Under the pieces are notes generated by a model. That model did not search any database. It worked only from the letters and a program-made list of their open reading frames with translations, and had not been told where the DNA came from. The translations under genes were made by a program, and so were the position numbers. A DNA stretch of 64,000 nt from an uncultured Actinomycetes bacterium (GTDB lineage Bacteria > Actinomycetota > Thermoleophilia > UBA2241). The stretch lies in the NCBI GenBank assembly GCA_963725665.1, contig CAVRZA010000011.1, positions 192,001 through 256,000 on the forward strand. The letters are read 5' to 3'. Shown here piece by piece: positions 49,232 through 59,574 of the stretch (position 1 is its first letter; each line of letters starts with the position of its first letter).

Positions 49232-50585
49232 TCACACCGACAGCGCCGCAAGAAGCGCTCGCCTTCCCTTCTTGAACTCGTCCACTTCCGGCCAGTCGAC
49301 GCTGTCGTCGGCGTAGCGAGCCCGCTCGTAGAGCGTGACGAGGCGGGCGACGGCCCCACGCGCGAGGCCGCCGTCGCCCGCCTCCCCCGGCAGCGAGCCC
49401 AGATAGCGCCGCACGCTCCACGACGGCTCGCGCACGTATCCGTTCCTTCGCAGCGACCGTTCGAGCCGACGGTACTCCGCGCGTAGCGCCTCTGTCGGCG
49501 TCCGCGGACGGGCCCCACGCACGAGCCGTGACAGCCGATCGACCAACCTGCGGCCGGCGGCCCGCACCTCGGCCGCCGGCCGCACGAGCTGCTCGCGCTC
49601 CTCCACGGCCGTCTCGTCCTCGGTGTCGCGCTCGATCCTGAACGAGCGCAGCAGGAGACGCAGCGCCAGCATCGCGAGGACGACCAAGAAGACCAGACCG
49701 AGGACCTCGGGCACCGCAGACCGTGGGTGCGCCTGCGGCTGCTTGATGATCCTGAAAGCCGTCGTCGACGGCGGCCGCATCTCCGGCAGGTGCGGGTGCA
49801 GGTTGAAGACGCTGGCGAGGGAGGCAAGCCCGCGTAGGACGAGATAGCCGACGGCGGCGATGACGTAGCCGACAGCGTCCAGCAGCCCGTGAAGCGCCAC
49901 CAGCACGAGCCCGCCCAGCCACGCCAACGGTCCTCCCGCCGGAACGGCCGCGACGAGCGCGGCCAGCGCCAGGGCGAACAGGCCGGCGGCCACGACGCCC
50001 GCGGTCCAGCGCCAGACCGAACGGCCGCCCTCGATGGCGCGCAGTGTCACCAGCGCACGCGCGACAGCGATCAGCGCGAGCCCGGCGAGGACCACGAGAG
50101 CGACGATAATCCCCGACCCGGCCAGAGGCTCCCGGGCGCCGTACGAGACGAGCACAAGGGCGAAGATGAGGACGAAGGCGCGCACCGCGCGCCTGAACGC
50201 CCGCTCGGGATCGATCTCGGCGCGACCGGCGAGCAGGCCGAGCTCCAGCGACACACCAATGAAGACAGTGCTGCGCACGACCACGGCCACTACTTGCCCC
50301 AGCCCCTGCGGCGACGCGACGGCGATCAGGGCGGCGGCGGCGGCAAAGCCCAGGGCGAGCAGCAGCAGGCGGTAGGGCAGCGGCGCGGGCGCGGTGCCCA
50401 CGGCGCCGCCGGCGCCGCGTGCCGCCGCCGCCAGTAGCGCCGCGCCCGCCACGACCGACCAGCAGACCAGGATGACGGGCGCCGGCGGCGCTGCCACGAG
50501 CAGCGCCGCCAGCGCCCCCAACCACAGCGCCTCAAGGAACGTCGCCAGGAACAGGCGGACGAGGTCAGGCCAGCGGGAGCTCATC
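49232..50585 (-). CDS. DUF4129-domain membrane protein
   Basis: Multi-TM N-terminus, C-terminal Y..L...G..R...LYERARY. Confidence 0.75.
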
Positions 50586-51782
50586 CGCCTTCCTCCAGTC
50601 GAGGTCCCTGGCCACGCGCAGGTCGACGAGCTCGGTGTAGGCCGCGGGCGGCTCGCCCACGAAGACGACGTGTGTCGTCGCCTCCCCACGCAGCGCGGCG
50701 ACGACCCGTGCGAGCGCTTCATCGAGCGTCGCCGTGACCACCACGTAGTCGGTCGAGTCGCGCGGGGTCGCTGCCTCGAGAGCGAGCAAGACCTCGAATG
50801 GCGATGGCGGGAAGAGCACCACGCGCGCCAGCGTCTCGAGGATCTCGTCCAGCGCGCCCGGGGCGGGGTCGATGGCGACGCCGCCGGGCGCGTTCGTGAG
50901 GTAGGCGTTCGAGAGCAACCCCACGCCGAAGCCGAGCGCTGAAAGACCCGCGGCGAGCGAGGCGGCGACCGTGCAGAGCAGCTCAATGACCTCGGCGTCG
51001 AACCCCTCGTAGAAATAGCGCACCGTGCGCAGGTTGAGGGCGATCAGCGCCTGCGCCGTCACTGTCGGTTCGAAGCGGTTGCTCACCAACCGCTGCCGGC
51101 GCGCCGTAGCGCGCCAGTTGATGACCCGCAGCGGATCGCCGGGCCGATAGGGACGAGCACCGACGAGCCCCGTCGGATCGCGTGCAAGGGAGACACGGGC
51201 CGGCGCGTCGACCTGAGGTCGGCCCACGAGCAGCGGCAGACCCGGCATCTCCAGGACCTTGGGCAGCACGATGAGCTCATCCACGGCGGGCAGCTCGCAG
51301 TCCACCGCGGCGACGCCGAACGGGTCGCCAGCCTCAGCGAAGGCGGGACCGAACTGATGCACACCGCGCTCGCGACACACGCCGCGACGCCGCCGGCTCA
51401 CCCGTTCCCACCAGCGCACCGAGTAGCTTTGGTCGAGGATCTCGCTCACCTGGTATCCGGAGGGACGCAGCGAGAAACCGAGCGGCTCGACGGCCACCGG
51501 CCAGCGGTCGCGCACCTGCAGCCAGATCACGGGCAGCCACTTGCGGTTCGTCACCTCGAGTCGTACCTCGATCTCGCCGCCCCACCCGATAACGCGCTGA
51601 GGGAACGAGCGCGAGTACACGAGGCGATCGAGGACGTGGGCACGCGCGTACACGACGACGACCCCGAGGAGCAACGCCGCCAGCGAGGCGACCACGAGGG
51701 GACGAGAGCCCACGAGGCCGCCGGCGACCACGCCGGCAAGCGTGAGGAAGAGGACGATGCGCAGCGTCACGGAGTGCGGCAC
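50565..51782 (-). CDS. DUF58 family (MoxR-associated vWA-like) protein
   Basis: RGVHQFGP, DPFG, RPYRPGDPLRVINWRATAR. Confidence 0.9.
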   Translation of the reverse strand: MPHSVTLRIVLFLTLAGVVAGGLVGSRPLVVASLAALLLGVVVVYARAHVLDRLVYSRSFPQRVIGWGGEIEVRLEVTNRKWLPVIWLQVRDRWPVAVEPLGFSLRPSGYQVSEILDQSYSVRWWERVSRRRRGVCRERGVHQFGPAFAEAGDPFGVAAVDCELPAVDELIVLPKVLEMPGLPLLVGRPQVDAPARVSLARDPTGLVGARPYRPGDPLRVINWRATARRQRLVSNRFEPTVTAQALIALNLRTVRYFYEGFDAEVIELLCTVAASLAAGLSALGFGVGLLSNAYLTNAPGGVAIDPAPGALDEILETLARVVLFPPSPFEVLLALEAATPRDSTDYVVVTATLDEALARVVAALRGEATTHVVFVGEPPAAYTELVDLRVARDLDWRKADELPLA

Positions 51783-51803
51783 GGCGGTCGCGACGGCCGG
51801 CGA

Positions 51804-52829
51804 CTAGTCGCCGGCCGTCGCCTCCACGGGCGTGGGCACCTCACCCAGCAGGCGTTCGACGACGCCCTCCGGCTGGCGCCGTGCGACGACGGCATCGCGC
51901 GCGAGCAGCAGCCGGTGCGCCAGCACGCGCACGGCAAGCCCGGTGACGTCGTCCGGAATGACGTAGGGCCGCCCCGCCAGGGCTGCCGACGCCTGGGCGA
52001 CCTTCATGAGGGCCAGCGCCGCGCGGGGGCTCGCGCCCAGCAACAAGTCGCGCGCCGCGCGTGTCGCGCGCACGAGGTCGACGATGTAGCGCTCGACATC
52101 GGCGTTGACGTGCACGGCGCGCGCCGCATCGCGCGCCGCCAGCAGGTCGTCCGCGCCGGCGACGGGCCTGACCCCTGTCAATGGGTCGCCGGCGCGAAAG
52201 CGTGTGAGGATCGCTACCTCCTCCTCCTGCGTCGGGTAGCCCATGCGCAGCTTCATGAGGAAGCGGTCGAGCTGCGCCTCGGGCAGTGGGAAGGTCCCCT
52301 TGAGCTCAACGGGGTTCTGCGTCGCCAGGACGAGGAAGGGGCGGGGCAGGGGATACGAGGTTCCCTCGACCGTCACCTGGCGCTCCTCCATCGCCTCGAG
52401 GAAGCTCGACTGGGTCCGCGGCGTGGCCCGGTTGATCTCGTCGGCCAGCACGAGATTGGCGAAGATGGGGCCCGGCCTGAACTCGAACTCACTCGTGCGT
52501 TGGTCGAAGACCTCGCTGCCGGTGACGTCGCCGGGCAAGAGGTCCGGCGTGCACTGCACGCGAGAGAAGCGCAAGCCGAGCGAGGCGGCGAGGGTGCGCA
52601 CGAGAAGCGTCTTGGCGACGCCGGGGACGTCGTCGATGAGCACGTGGCCCTCGGCGAGCAGCGCCACGAGGAGCAGGCGGATCTGCTCGTGCTTGCCGAC
52701 GATGACCTGCTCGACCGCGCCGGCCACGTCGCGGCCGAGCCGCTCGACACTCTGCACGGCGCCGCTGGTCTGGGCGCGCTCGTCGACAGGGACGGCGTCC
52801 ACGAGTCCTCCTCCGGGAGTGGGGCTCAT
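51804..52829 (-). CDS. MoxR family AAA+ ATPase
   Basis: GHVLIDDVPGVAKT, TPDLLPGD, DEINRA, ATQNP, PLPEAQLDRF, GASPRA. Confidence 0.95.
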   Translation of the reverse strand: MSPTPGGGLVDAVPVDERAQTSGAVQSVERLGRDVAGAVEQVIVGKHEQIRLLLVALLAEGHVLIDDVPGVAKTLLVRTLAASLGLRFSRVQCTPDLLPGDVTGSEVFDQRTSEFEFRPGPIFANLVLADEINRATPRTQSSFLEAMEERQVTVEGTSYPLPRPFLVLATQNPVELKGTFPLPEAQLDRFLMKLRMGYPTQEEEVAILTRFRAGDPLTGVRPVAGADDLLAARDAARAVHVNADVERYIVDLVRATRAARDLLLGASPRAALALMKVAQASAALAGRPYVIPDDVTGLAVRVLAHRLLLARDAVVARRQPEGVVERLLGEVPTPVEATAGD

Positions 52830-52906
52830 GCCCCGGGGCTAATCCTCTTCCATCGCGCTGAGGCCCGCAAACGGAGCCCGTGCGACATCGCACGCTGCCG
52901 GCGGCT

Positions 52907-52972
52907 GCGCGGCCCTCACGAGAAGGCGTGGCGGCAGCGCGGCCCTCACGAGAAGGCGTGGCGGCAGCGCGG
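52907..52972. repeat. 30-bp direct tandem repeat (2+ copies) downstream of tRNA-Asp
   Basis: gcgcggccctcacgagaaggcgtggcggca x2. Confidence 0.9.
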
Positions 52973-53024
52973 GTACCCTCAGGAGCGAGAAGAGCCCGGC
53001 GGGAGGAGACGACCGGTGAGGGTG

Positions 53025-53101
53025 TGGCGGGAGCGACGAGACTCGAACTCGCGACCTCCGGCGTGACAGGCCGGCGTTCTAACCAGCTGAACTACGCCCC
53101 C
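53025..53101 (-). tRNA. tRNA-Asp (GTC)
   Basis: GGGGGCGTAGTTCAGCTGGTTAGAACGCCGGCCT-GTC-ACGCCGGAGGTCGCGAGTTCGAGTCTCGTCGCTCCCGCCA. Confidence 0.97.
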
Positions 53102-53154
53102 GCGTAAAGGAGCCTTCCCGCCGTGCTATCGACAGCGGCGAGAGGCGAGTCGGT

Positions 53155-53163
53155 AGTGTAGCA
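53155..53163 (-). promoter_or_regulatory. Extended -10 promoter of tRNA-Asp
   Basis: TGcTACACT 54 nt upstream of the tRNA. Confidence 0.5.
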
Positions 53164-53286
53164 AATCGGGGCGCGGCCGGGAAAGTAGCGGGCAGCTGTC
53201 ACGGAGCCGGGCGGCGGCGCGCGTCGCTGCGCGACGCGCGCCGCCGCCCCGGGCACAAAGAACACACCGGCGAACAAGGAGCCGCC

Positions 53287-53870
53287 ATGCCCACGTCGCC
53301 AGCCGAGATGATGGCCGCCATCATCCGCAACCTGCCGCAGAAGACCGGCAAAGACATCCAGGAGTGGATGACCATCGCACGCTCCGACGCCGTAGGGCGG
53401 CTTGCGAGCCGGAAGGAGAAGATCGCCTACCTGCAGCGCGAGTACGGTCTCGGGCACGGGCAGGCGCAGACGATCCTCTGGGAAGCCGAGAAGCCCGACG
53501 ACTACGTGCCCCCGGCGACGAGGAGCTGCTTGCCGGGCAGTACGCTGGAGAGAAGCACCAGCTCCTCCCCATAGCCCAGAAGCTTATTGCGACCGCACGG
53601 TCCCTCGGCGACGACGTGTCGGTCGAGATGCGCCAGACCTACGTCTCGTTTGTCCGCCAACGACAGTTCGCCCTCGTGCAGCCGACGACGCGCGCCACCG
53701 TCGACCTCGGGCTCGTGCTGCCCGGTCACGAGCCGGCCGAGCGGCTCCGCCCGGCCGGCTCCTTCGGTAGTGGGCGCACGACGCACAGGGTCACGTTGGG
53801 CTCCCTCGACGAGATCGACGACCAGGTGCGCGAATGGCTGCGCGCTGCCTACGCGGGCGACGCAAGCTAA
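53287..53870 (+). CDS. DUF4287/DUF5655 domain protein (frameshift near 53512)
   Basis: NLPQKTGK..EW...GLGHGQA, then YVSF.R.RQFA...WLRAAY. Confidence 0.78.
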
Positions 53871-54081
53871 GCAAGCGCCGAGCTCGACGAGTCGGTCTCC
53901 GATCTCGCGCGGTGCTCCTCTGCCCACGCCGCGCGCGAGAGGTGACAAGCGACGCGGGCCGAACCGTAGAGTGGACCCGGGGTGTCACCGAACTCGCATC
54001 CGCCCATCGACAGGTCCCGGGCGTGTTGAGCGTCCAACAGGTTTAGGGAGGCGGCACACGGTGGTAAGCCGGTCAAGGGTC

Positions 54082-54933
54082 ATGGGAATCGATTGGCGGC
54101 ATGGTCTTCGACTCGACAGTCGGGTGCGCGCGTACGCGTGGCCCGTTTTCTTCGTCTCCGTGGTGGTCGATCTTGCCCTCGTCGCCCTGTTCCGCGACTA
54201 CACGTCGTCGGTGGGGGCCGCGCAGCTCCTCGAGCCCGCCCTGACCATCGCCGTGCTGGGGGTGGCCCTCTTCGCCGGTCCGCTGTTCGGCCTGACGGCG
54301 GCCCTGTTCCTGGGCACCGTCTTCTACTGCTTCCTCGCGTCGCTCCCGGGAGCGTCTGAGATCGGCTTCACCTTGGGCGCGATCGCCCTCTGGTCGGGCG
54401 CCGCCGTGGCGCTGGGTGTGCTCGCCGACAGGCGGCGGGGGAGGACCGAGGAGATCGAACGTACACTGGGACGCAAGGTGGTCATCCCCTTGCCGGTGAG
54501 CAGCGCCGTCGAACTGCGCGCCGCGCTACGCGCCCTGCTCCGCAGCCACGAGATGGACGAGGGCCAGGGCGAGATGGTGGTCCTGGCCACGCAGGAGGCC
54601 TACAACAATGCCGTCGTCCATCCCCCCGGCGTCGTCGAGGTCTCGGCGCAGGTGTTCGAGCAGGTCGTGGATGTCGAGGTACGCGACAAGGGACCGGGCT
54701 TCGAGCCCGCTGCCGTCGTGACAGCGGCGGAACCGGAGCTGCTCGAAGACCACGGCAGGGGCCTCTTTCTCATACACAGGCTCATGGACCACGTCGACAT
54801 CGACTCCGGCCGTCAGGGCACCACAGTGAGAATGAGCAAGCAGCTCGGCCGCCCGGACGATGGGGTACCGCAATCCGATCGCTCGCGCTTGCGACCGCTC
54901 GGCCGGCTGCTCTCGCGCGAACGCACGGCGTGA
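54082..54933 (+). CDS. Membrane-anchored RsbW-like (HATPase_c_2) anti-sigma/Ser kinase domain protein
   Basis: 4 TM segments, then EAYNNAVVH, DKGPGF, GRGLFLI..LMD, GTTVRM. Confidence 0.8.
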   Translation: MGIDWRHGLRLDSRVRAYAWPVFFVSVVVDLALVALFRDYTSSVGAAQLLEPALTIAVLGVALFAGPLFGLTAALFLGTVFYCFLASLPGASEIGFTLGAIALWSGAAVALGVLADRRRGRTEEIERTLGRKVVIPLPVSSAVELRAALRALLRSHEMDEGQGEMVVLATQEAYNNAVVHPPGVVEVSAQVFEQVVDVEVRDKGPGFEPAAVVTAAEPELLEDHGRGLFLIHRLMDHVDIDSGRQGTTVRMSKQLGRPDDGVPQSDRSRLRPLGRLLSRERTA

Positions 54934-54990
54934 GATACGGGATGGCGAGGGGGACGAGGCGGCCACGCGCGACCGCCGCACATGGGGTCG

Positions 54991-55066
54991 TGGTGGGCGA
55001 TGGTGGATTTGAACCACCGACCCCTTGCTTGTAAGGCAAGTGCTCTTACCCCTGAGCTAATCGCCC
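54991..55066 (-). tRNA. tRNA-Val (TAC)
   Basis: GGGCGATTAGCTCAGGGGTAAGAGCACTTGCCT-TAC-AAGCAAGGGGTCGGTGGTTCAAATCCACCATCGCCCACCA. Confidence 0.97.
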
Positions 55067-55193
55067 TGCAGACCGCGGCGTCGCTGACCCCGGGACCGTG
55101 CGAAGCGGCTCGCCGATCGACGACGGCGCTTGGACCCGGAGCCGATTATACAGGGGGCCAGAGTCGCGGCCGACTCGTTCCGCTGGGTCGAGG

Positions 55194-56045
55194 GTGACCG
55201 CAGAGGCGGTTTACGCGGGGCCTCGAACCAGGGATGCTACAGGCACCGTGGGACAGCCGTCACAGGAGAGCGCCGCGCCGACGCCGACCGTCGCCGAAGG
55301 CAAAGTCGGCGTCGAGAACCTGACCTACATCGCCGCGCGTCCGGGTGAGGCTTCGCGTACTATCCTCAGCGACGTCACCTTCAGCGTGCCCGCGGCGCGC
55401 ATCTTCACCGTCCTCGGCCCCTCGGGCTCCGGCAAGAGCACCCTCCTGCGCTGCGTCAACCGCCTCCTCGAACCGACCTCTGGGCGCGTGCTCCTGGACG
55501 GGCAGCCCGTCGGCGGACTGCCCGTCCAGGAGCTCCGGCGCCGCGTCGGCATGGTCTTCCAGACCGCGGCGCTCTTCGAGGGCACGGTCGCCGACAACGT
55601 CCTCTTCGGTCCGCGCCTGCGCAAGGAGCCGGCGACGACCGATGCCACCTCGGCGCGCGCGCTGGCGTGCGACCTGCTGCAGCGCGTGGGCCTGCCGCAG
55701 GACTTCTACGCCAAGCCCACCGCAGAGCTATCGGGCGGCGAGGCCCAGCGCGTGTCGCTGGCGCGCGCACTCGCCAACCGTCCCGAGGTCCTGCTGCTCG
55801 ACGAGCCCACGGCGTCACTCGACCCCAGCGCCAGCCTGCACGTCGAGCGTCTGCTCCTGCAGCTCGCCGACGAGACCGACCTCACCTTCCTCTTCGTCAC
55901 CCACAACCTCGAGCAGGCCCGTCGCATCGGCGACACGGCTCTCCTGCTCGTGGACGGGCGCGTCGTCGAACAGGGACCCCTGGTGGACCTGATGGGCGAT
56001 CCCGAGAAGGAGACGACGAGACTCTTCATGGAGGGAAAGCTGTGA
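55194..56045 (+). CDS. ABC transporter ATPase (FetA/YbbL-like; start approximate)
   Basis: GPSGSGKS, LSGGEAQR, LLDEPT; coupled to a UPF0014 permease. Confidence 0.88.
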   Translation: MTAEAVYAGPRTRDATGTVGQPSQESAAPTPTVAEGKVGVENLTYIAARPGEASRTILSDVTFSVPAARIFTVLGPSGSGKSTLLRCVNRLLEPTSGRVLLDGQPVGGLPVQELRRRVGMVFQTAALFEGTVADNVLFGPRLRKEPATTDATSARALACDLLQRVGLPQDFYAKPTAELSGGEAQRVSLARALANRPEVLLLDEPTASLDPSASLHVERLLLQLADETDLTFLFVTHNLEQARRIGDTALLLVDGRVVEQGPLVDLMGDPEKETTRLFMEGKL

Positions 56046-56061
56046 ACGCGAAGGAGATGCC

Positions 56062-56874
56062 GTGAACCTGCTCGCCAACGTGGCAGCCGCCACCCCCGGA
56101 AGCACCTCGCACTTCAGCTTTCTCAACGTCGCCACGGCGATCGTCATGGTGGCCGTGGCGGTGGCGCTCTCGCTGTGGCAGGGCCTCGACCTCGAGCGCG
56201 ACATCCTCGTCGCCTCGCTGCGCGCCTTCCTGCAGCTGATGGCGATCGGCTACGTCATCGACTTCATCTTCGGCACGGAGAGCCTCGCTCTCGTGCTCCT
56301 CATGATCGTGGCCATGGTCGTCTTCGCCGGCTTCACGTCGGGGCGCCGGCTGCGCGGCTTGCCGCACAACTACTGGATCGCGACCGGCGTCATCGGCGCG
56401 GCGTCGGCGCTCACGCTGGTCCTTATGGTCGTGCTGGGCATCATCTCGACCGAGGCGCGCTACCTCATCCCCATCGGCGGCATGGTCGTGGGCAACAGCA
56501 TGAACGTGGCGTCGGTGACGGGGGTGCGCCTGCTGGAGGACTCTTCCTCTCAGCGGGCCCTGATCGAGGCGGCGCTTGCCCTCGGCGCGGCTCCGCGTCA
56601 GGCGGCCCACCCGGTGCTGCGGCGCTCGATACGGCTGGCGATGATCCCCATCGTCGACAACACGAAGACGATGGGGATCGTCTTTCTGCCCGGAGCCATG
56701 ACGGGGATGATCATCGCCGGCGCCCAGCCCCTCGACGCCGTGCGCCTGCAGGTGGTGATCATGTACATGCTGCTCGCCGCCGTCGCGGTCACGGCCACTC
56801 TCATCGGGCTCGCCGTCGTCGGCCGCCTCTTCACCGAACACCAGCAGCTGCGGCGTATCGAGAGCGCCGCCTGA
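56062..56874 (+). CDS. fetB: FetB/YbbM (UPF0014) ABC permease
   Basis: RAFLQL..GY, YLIPIGGM..GNSM, LPGAMTGMIIAG..P..AV..Q. Confidence 0.9.
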   Translation: MNLLANVAAATPGSTSHFSFLNVATAIVMVAVAVALSLWQGLDLERDILVASLRAFLQLMAIGYVIDFIFGTESLALVLLMIVAMVVFAGFTSGRRLRGLPHNYWIATGVIGAASALTLVLMVVLGIISTEARYLIPIGGMVVGNSMNVASVTGVRLLEDSSSQRALIEAALALGAAPRQAAHPVLRRSIRLAMIPIVDNTKTMGIVFLPGAMTGMIIAGAQPLDAVRLQVVIMYMLLAAVAVTATLIGLAVVGRLFTEHQQLRRIESAA

Positions 56875-56896
56875 GCAGCGTGGTGGCCAAAGAAGA

Positions 56897-56926
56897 GGGC
56901 GGGCGGCCCCTTCGGGCCGCCCGCCC
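56897..56926. terminator. Bidirectional intrinsic terminator
   Basis: 13-bp stem with cttc loop and T-rich tails on both strands between convergent genes. Confidence 0.75.
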
Positions 56927-56972
56927 CATTTTGCCCGCTCGCGGATCCCGCGGATCAGTCGTCATCCCGCGA

Positions 56973-59565
56973 TCAGTGCAAGGGCAGCTGCTGCCACGAT
57001 CCCGGGACGATCTGCGTGGTGGTGGTTAACGTGGTGATCGCGGTGTTCGTCACCGCGTCGATGATCGACTGCTGATAGGCGACGCTCGCGGCGCCTCTCA
57101 GCCAGATGTCGTACACCGACGGGCTGGTGCCGCTCTTGTAGGGCGTCCCGTTGAACACCGCGCCGCGGACCTGCGGCGTATTCGCGTTGGTGCCGTAGAT
57201 CTCCATGCAGGCCTCCATGACGACCATGAGCCCGTTGAACGTGCCCAGAAAAGGCCTGCTGGTGTCGTAGTCGCCCAGAAGCATTGTGTTCGAGTAGAGC
57301 GAGTCGTTGTCGCACATCATGTAGTAGACCATGGGCTTCGCGTCTGTACCGAAGTCGACCTTGCCGGTGATCTCCGTCTTCTCGGTGGTGGCCAGGAGCG
57401 GGCACATGATCGTGCACGCGGTGCCGGAAGTCGGTCCCGTGACCTGCCACGCCACGTCGCTGGTGCCGGCGTTGCCCGTCAACCACACGTCGCCGTAGAC
57501 GTCGTTGAACGTGCCGCTGCGATCGAGGATCGTGAGCCACATCGGGCCGGGCGCCGCGAGGCCGTTCGTGTAGTCGGTCGTCCGCACCGACGCGGTGCCG
57601 CTCCAGGTGGTAATGGCGGAGTCGCCGCCCGCCCAGATCTTCCCGAACTGGTCGATGACGGCCGAGGTGGCGCCGCTGATCGTGAAGTCACCGAACACGA
57701 CGAGAGCCGTGGCCCTGGCCGTGGTGTTGCCCGTCAGGCTGAGGTTGCCGGCCGCGTAGAGGAGGCCGGTCTGGGTGAGGGTGTTGCTGAACGTCAGGGG
57801 CCCAGCCGCGTAGATTGACGACGCGGCGTTGAGCGTCACGGTGCCCGACACGCTGCTGGCGCCCGTGCCCGCCACATAGAGGAGTCCGTTGATCTGGTCG
57901 GTGACCGCCGAGGTGGCGCCGCTGATGGTGAGGGCCCCGCCCGCGTAGACGAACGTCGCTGTGAGCGCCGTGTTGCCGGTCAGGCTGAGGGCGCCGGTGG
58001 TGTAGAGGGGCGCGGTGGTCGTGGCGGTGTTGCTCAACGTCAGCGCTCCGGCTCGCGTAGATGGACGACGCGACGTTCAGCGTCACGGTGCCCGACACGC
58101 TGCTGGCGCCGGTGCCGGCCACGTAGAGCGACCCGACCTGGTCGGTGACCGCCGAGCTGGCGCCGCTGACCGTCAGAGTCCCGCTGCAGTAGGCGGACCC
58201 GGCGACGGTGACCGCCGAGTTGCCCGATACAGCGAGGTTGCCCTTCACGTACAGCTGCGCGGCCGACGTGGCCGTGTTGCTGAGCGTGAGGGCGCCGTTG
58301 GTGAAGAAGGACGACCCGACGTTGAACGTCACCTTGTTCGCCACGCTGCTGGCGCTGGTGCTGCCCACGTAGACGGCCCCTGAGATCTGGTCCGTGATGG
58401 CCGTGGCCGTGGTGTTGTTGAAGGTGATGGTGCCACCCACGCGCAGGAACCCGGTCACCACGAGTGTTACCGGGCCAGTGACGGAGAGGTTACCCGTGAC
58501 GTAGAGGTCCTTGAAGTAGAGCGTGCGGGCGGTCGCGCGGTTGATGGTGATGTTCGTGGCTGCTGGCGGTCTTCACACTCGTGTTCTGGTAGGTCGTGTA
58601 GGCCGTGGTCGTACTGGAGTTTTGGATGTTGGTGATGTCTGTCGCTGTCAGCGTCGTGGTAGGCGTGGGCGACGGCGTCGACGGCTGCGTCGGCGCCGTC
58701 GGCGCCGTCGGCGCCGCCGGCGCCGCGGCGTGCGACTCGCCCACCTGCGCCTCGTCTCCCAGGTCGGCCTGGGCTGCCTGGTCGAAGTAGTCGCTGAGCA
58801 GGCCGATCCCTCCGATCAGCGTCCCGGCGAACTTGCCCGTCGGTGTGACAGAGCCGTTCACGTCGATGTTGACCGACTGGACGGTGGAGCTCGGCACGGC
58901 CAGGTTCGCCGTCGAGTTGGCCTTGAAGTCCTGGGCGCCGGAAGCGCTGTACTTGCCGCCGCCCGCCATGACGGTGGTCGCCCACGCGCCGCCGTAGTTC
59001 GCGGGCAGGTAGGGCGTGGTGCCATCGTTCTCCACTGCGAACACGTCGCTTGTGCCGTCGAGCTAGATCCCCGTGTCGCTGTACACGATGGCCTTCGGGA
59101 ACGACTTGACCACCGATTCTGTGTCGACTGGCGCACGAGCACGCGCATGCGGGTCGTCCTGCCCTGGTACGTCACCGTGACCTCGACCCAGACGATGCCG
59201 TCGCCGTTCGAGTCCCACCAAATACCGGTGTTGACCGGCGTCAGGTTGTCGTACACCGCGAACCCGGTCAGCGTCGCCCCCGCCGGGAACCCGGCGGCCA
59301 CCAGGGCGGCCTGGACCTCGGACTCCGGCAGCCACTCACCACCCGCGCTGGTCACCGGGATGGTCTTGGTCTTCGCCAGCGTGACGGCGGCGTCCAGCGC
59401 GCCTTCCGCGTAGTACAGCGAGGTCTTGCGCGTCCGCTCCATGGCCGTGGCCCCCTGCTGGTTGCCGATGGCCATGACGAGGGTCGCCGCGATGATCGCC
59501 AGCGTGGCGATGATGCCGAGCAGCAAGATGAGCGCGGCCCCCGTTTCCCTCCCATGCCTCTCCAT
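56973..59565 (-). CDS. Large PilX-like minor pilin with internal ~80-aa Thr/Ser/Gly-rich repeats (several frameshifts, in-frame TAG at 59063)
   Basis: N-terminal ETG-AALILLLGII...YYAEGALD; repeated TISGATSAVTDQ..LYVAGTGASSVSGTVTLN. Confidence 0.72.
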
Positions 59566-59574
59566 TGCTGCCCC

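Noticed and set aside
52907-52972. CRISPR array
   Set aside because: Repeats are directly adjacent with no spacers, only two copies, no cas genes
53025-55066. Active integrative element at the tRNAs
   Set aside because: No integrase and no duplicated tRNA 3' end found in the window
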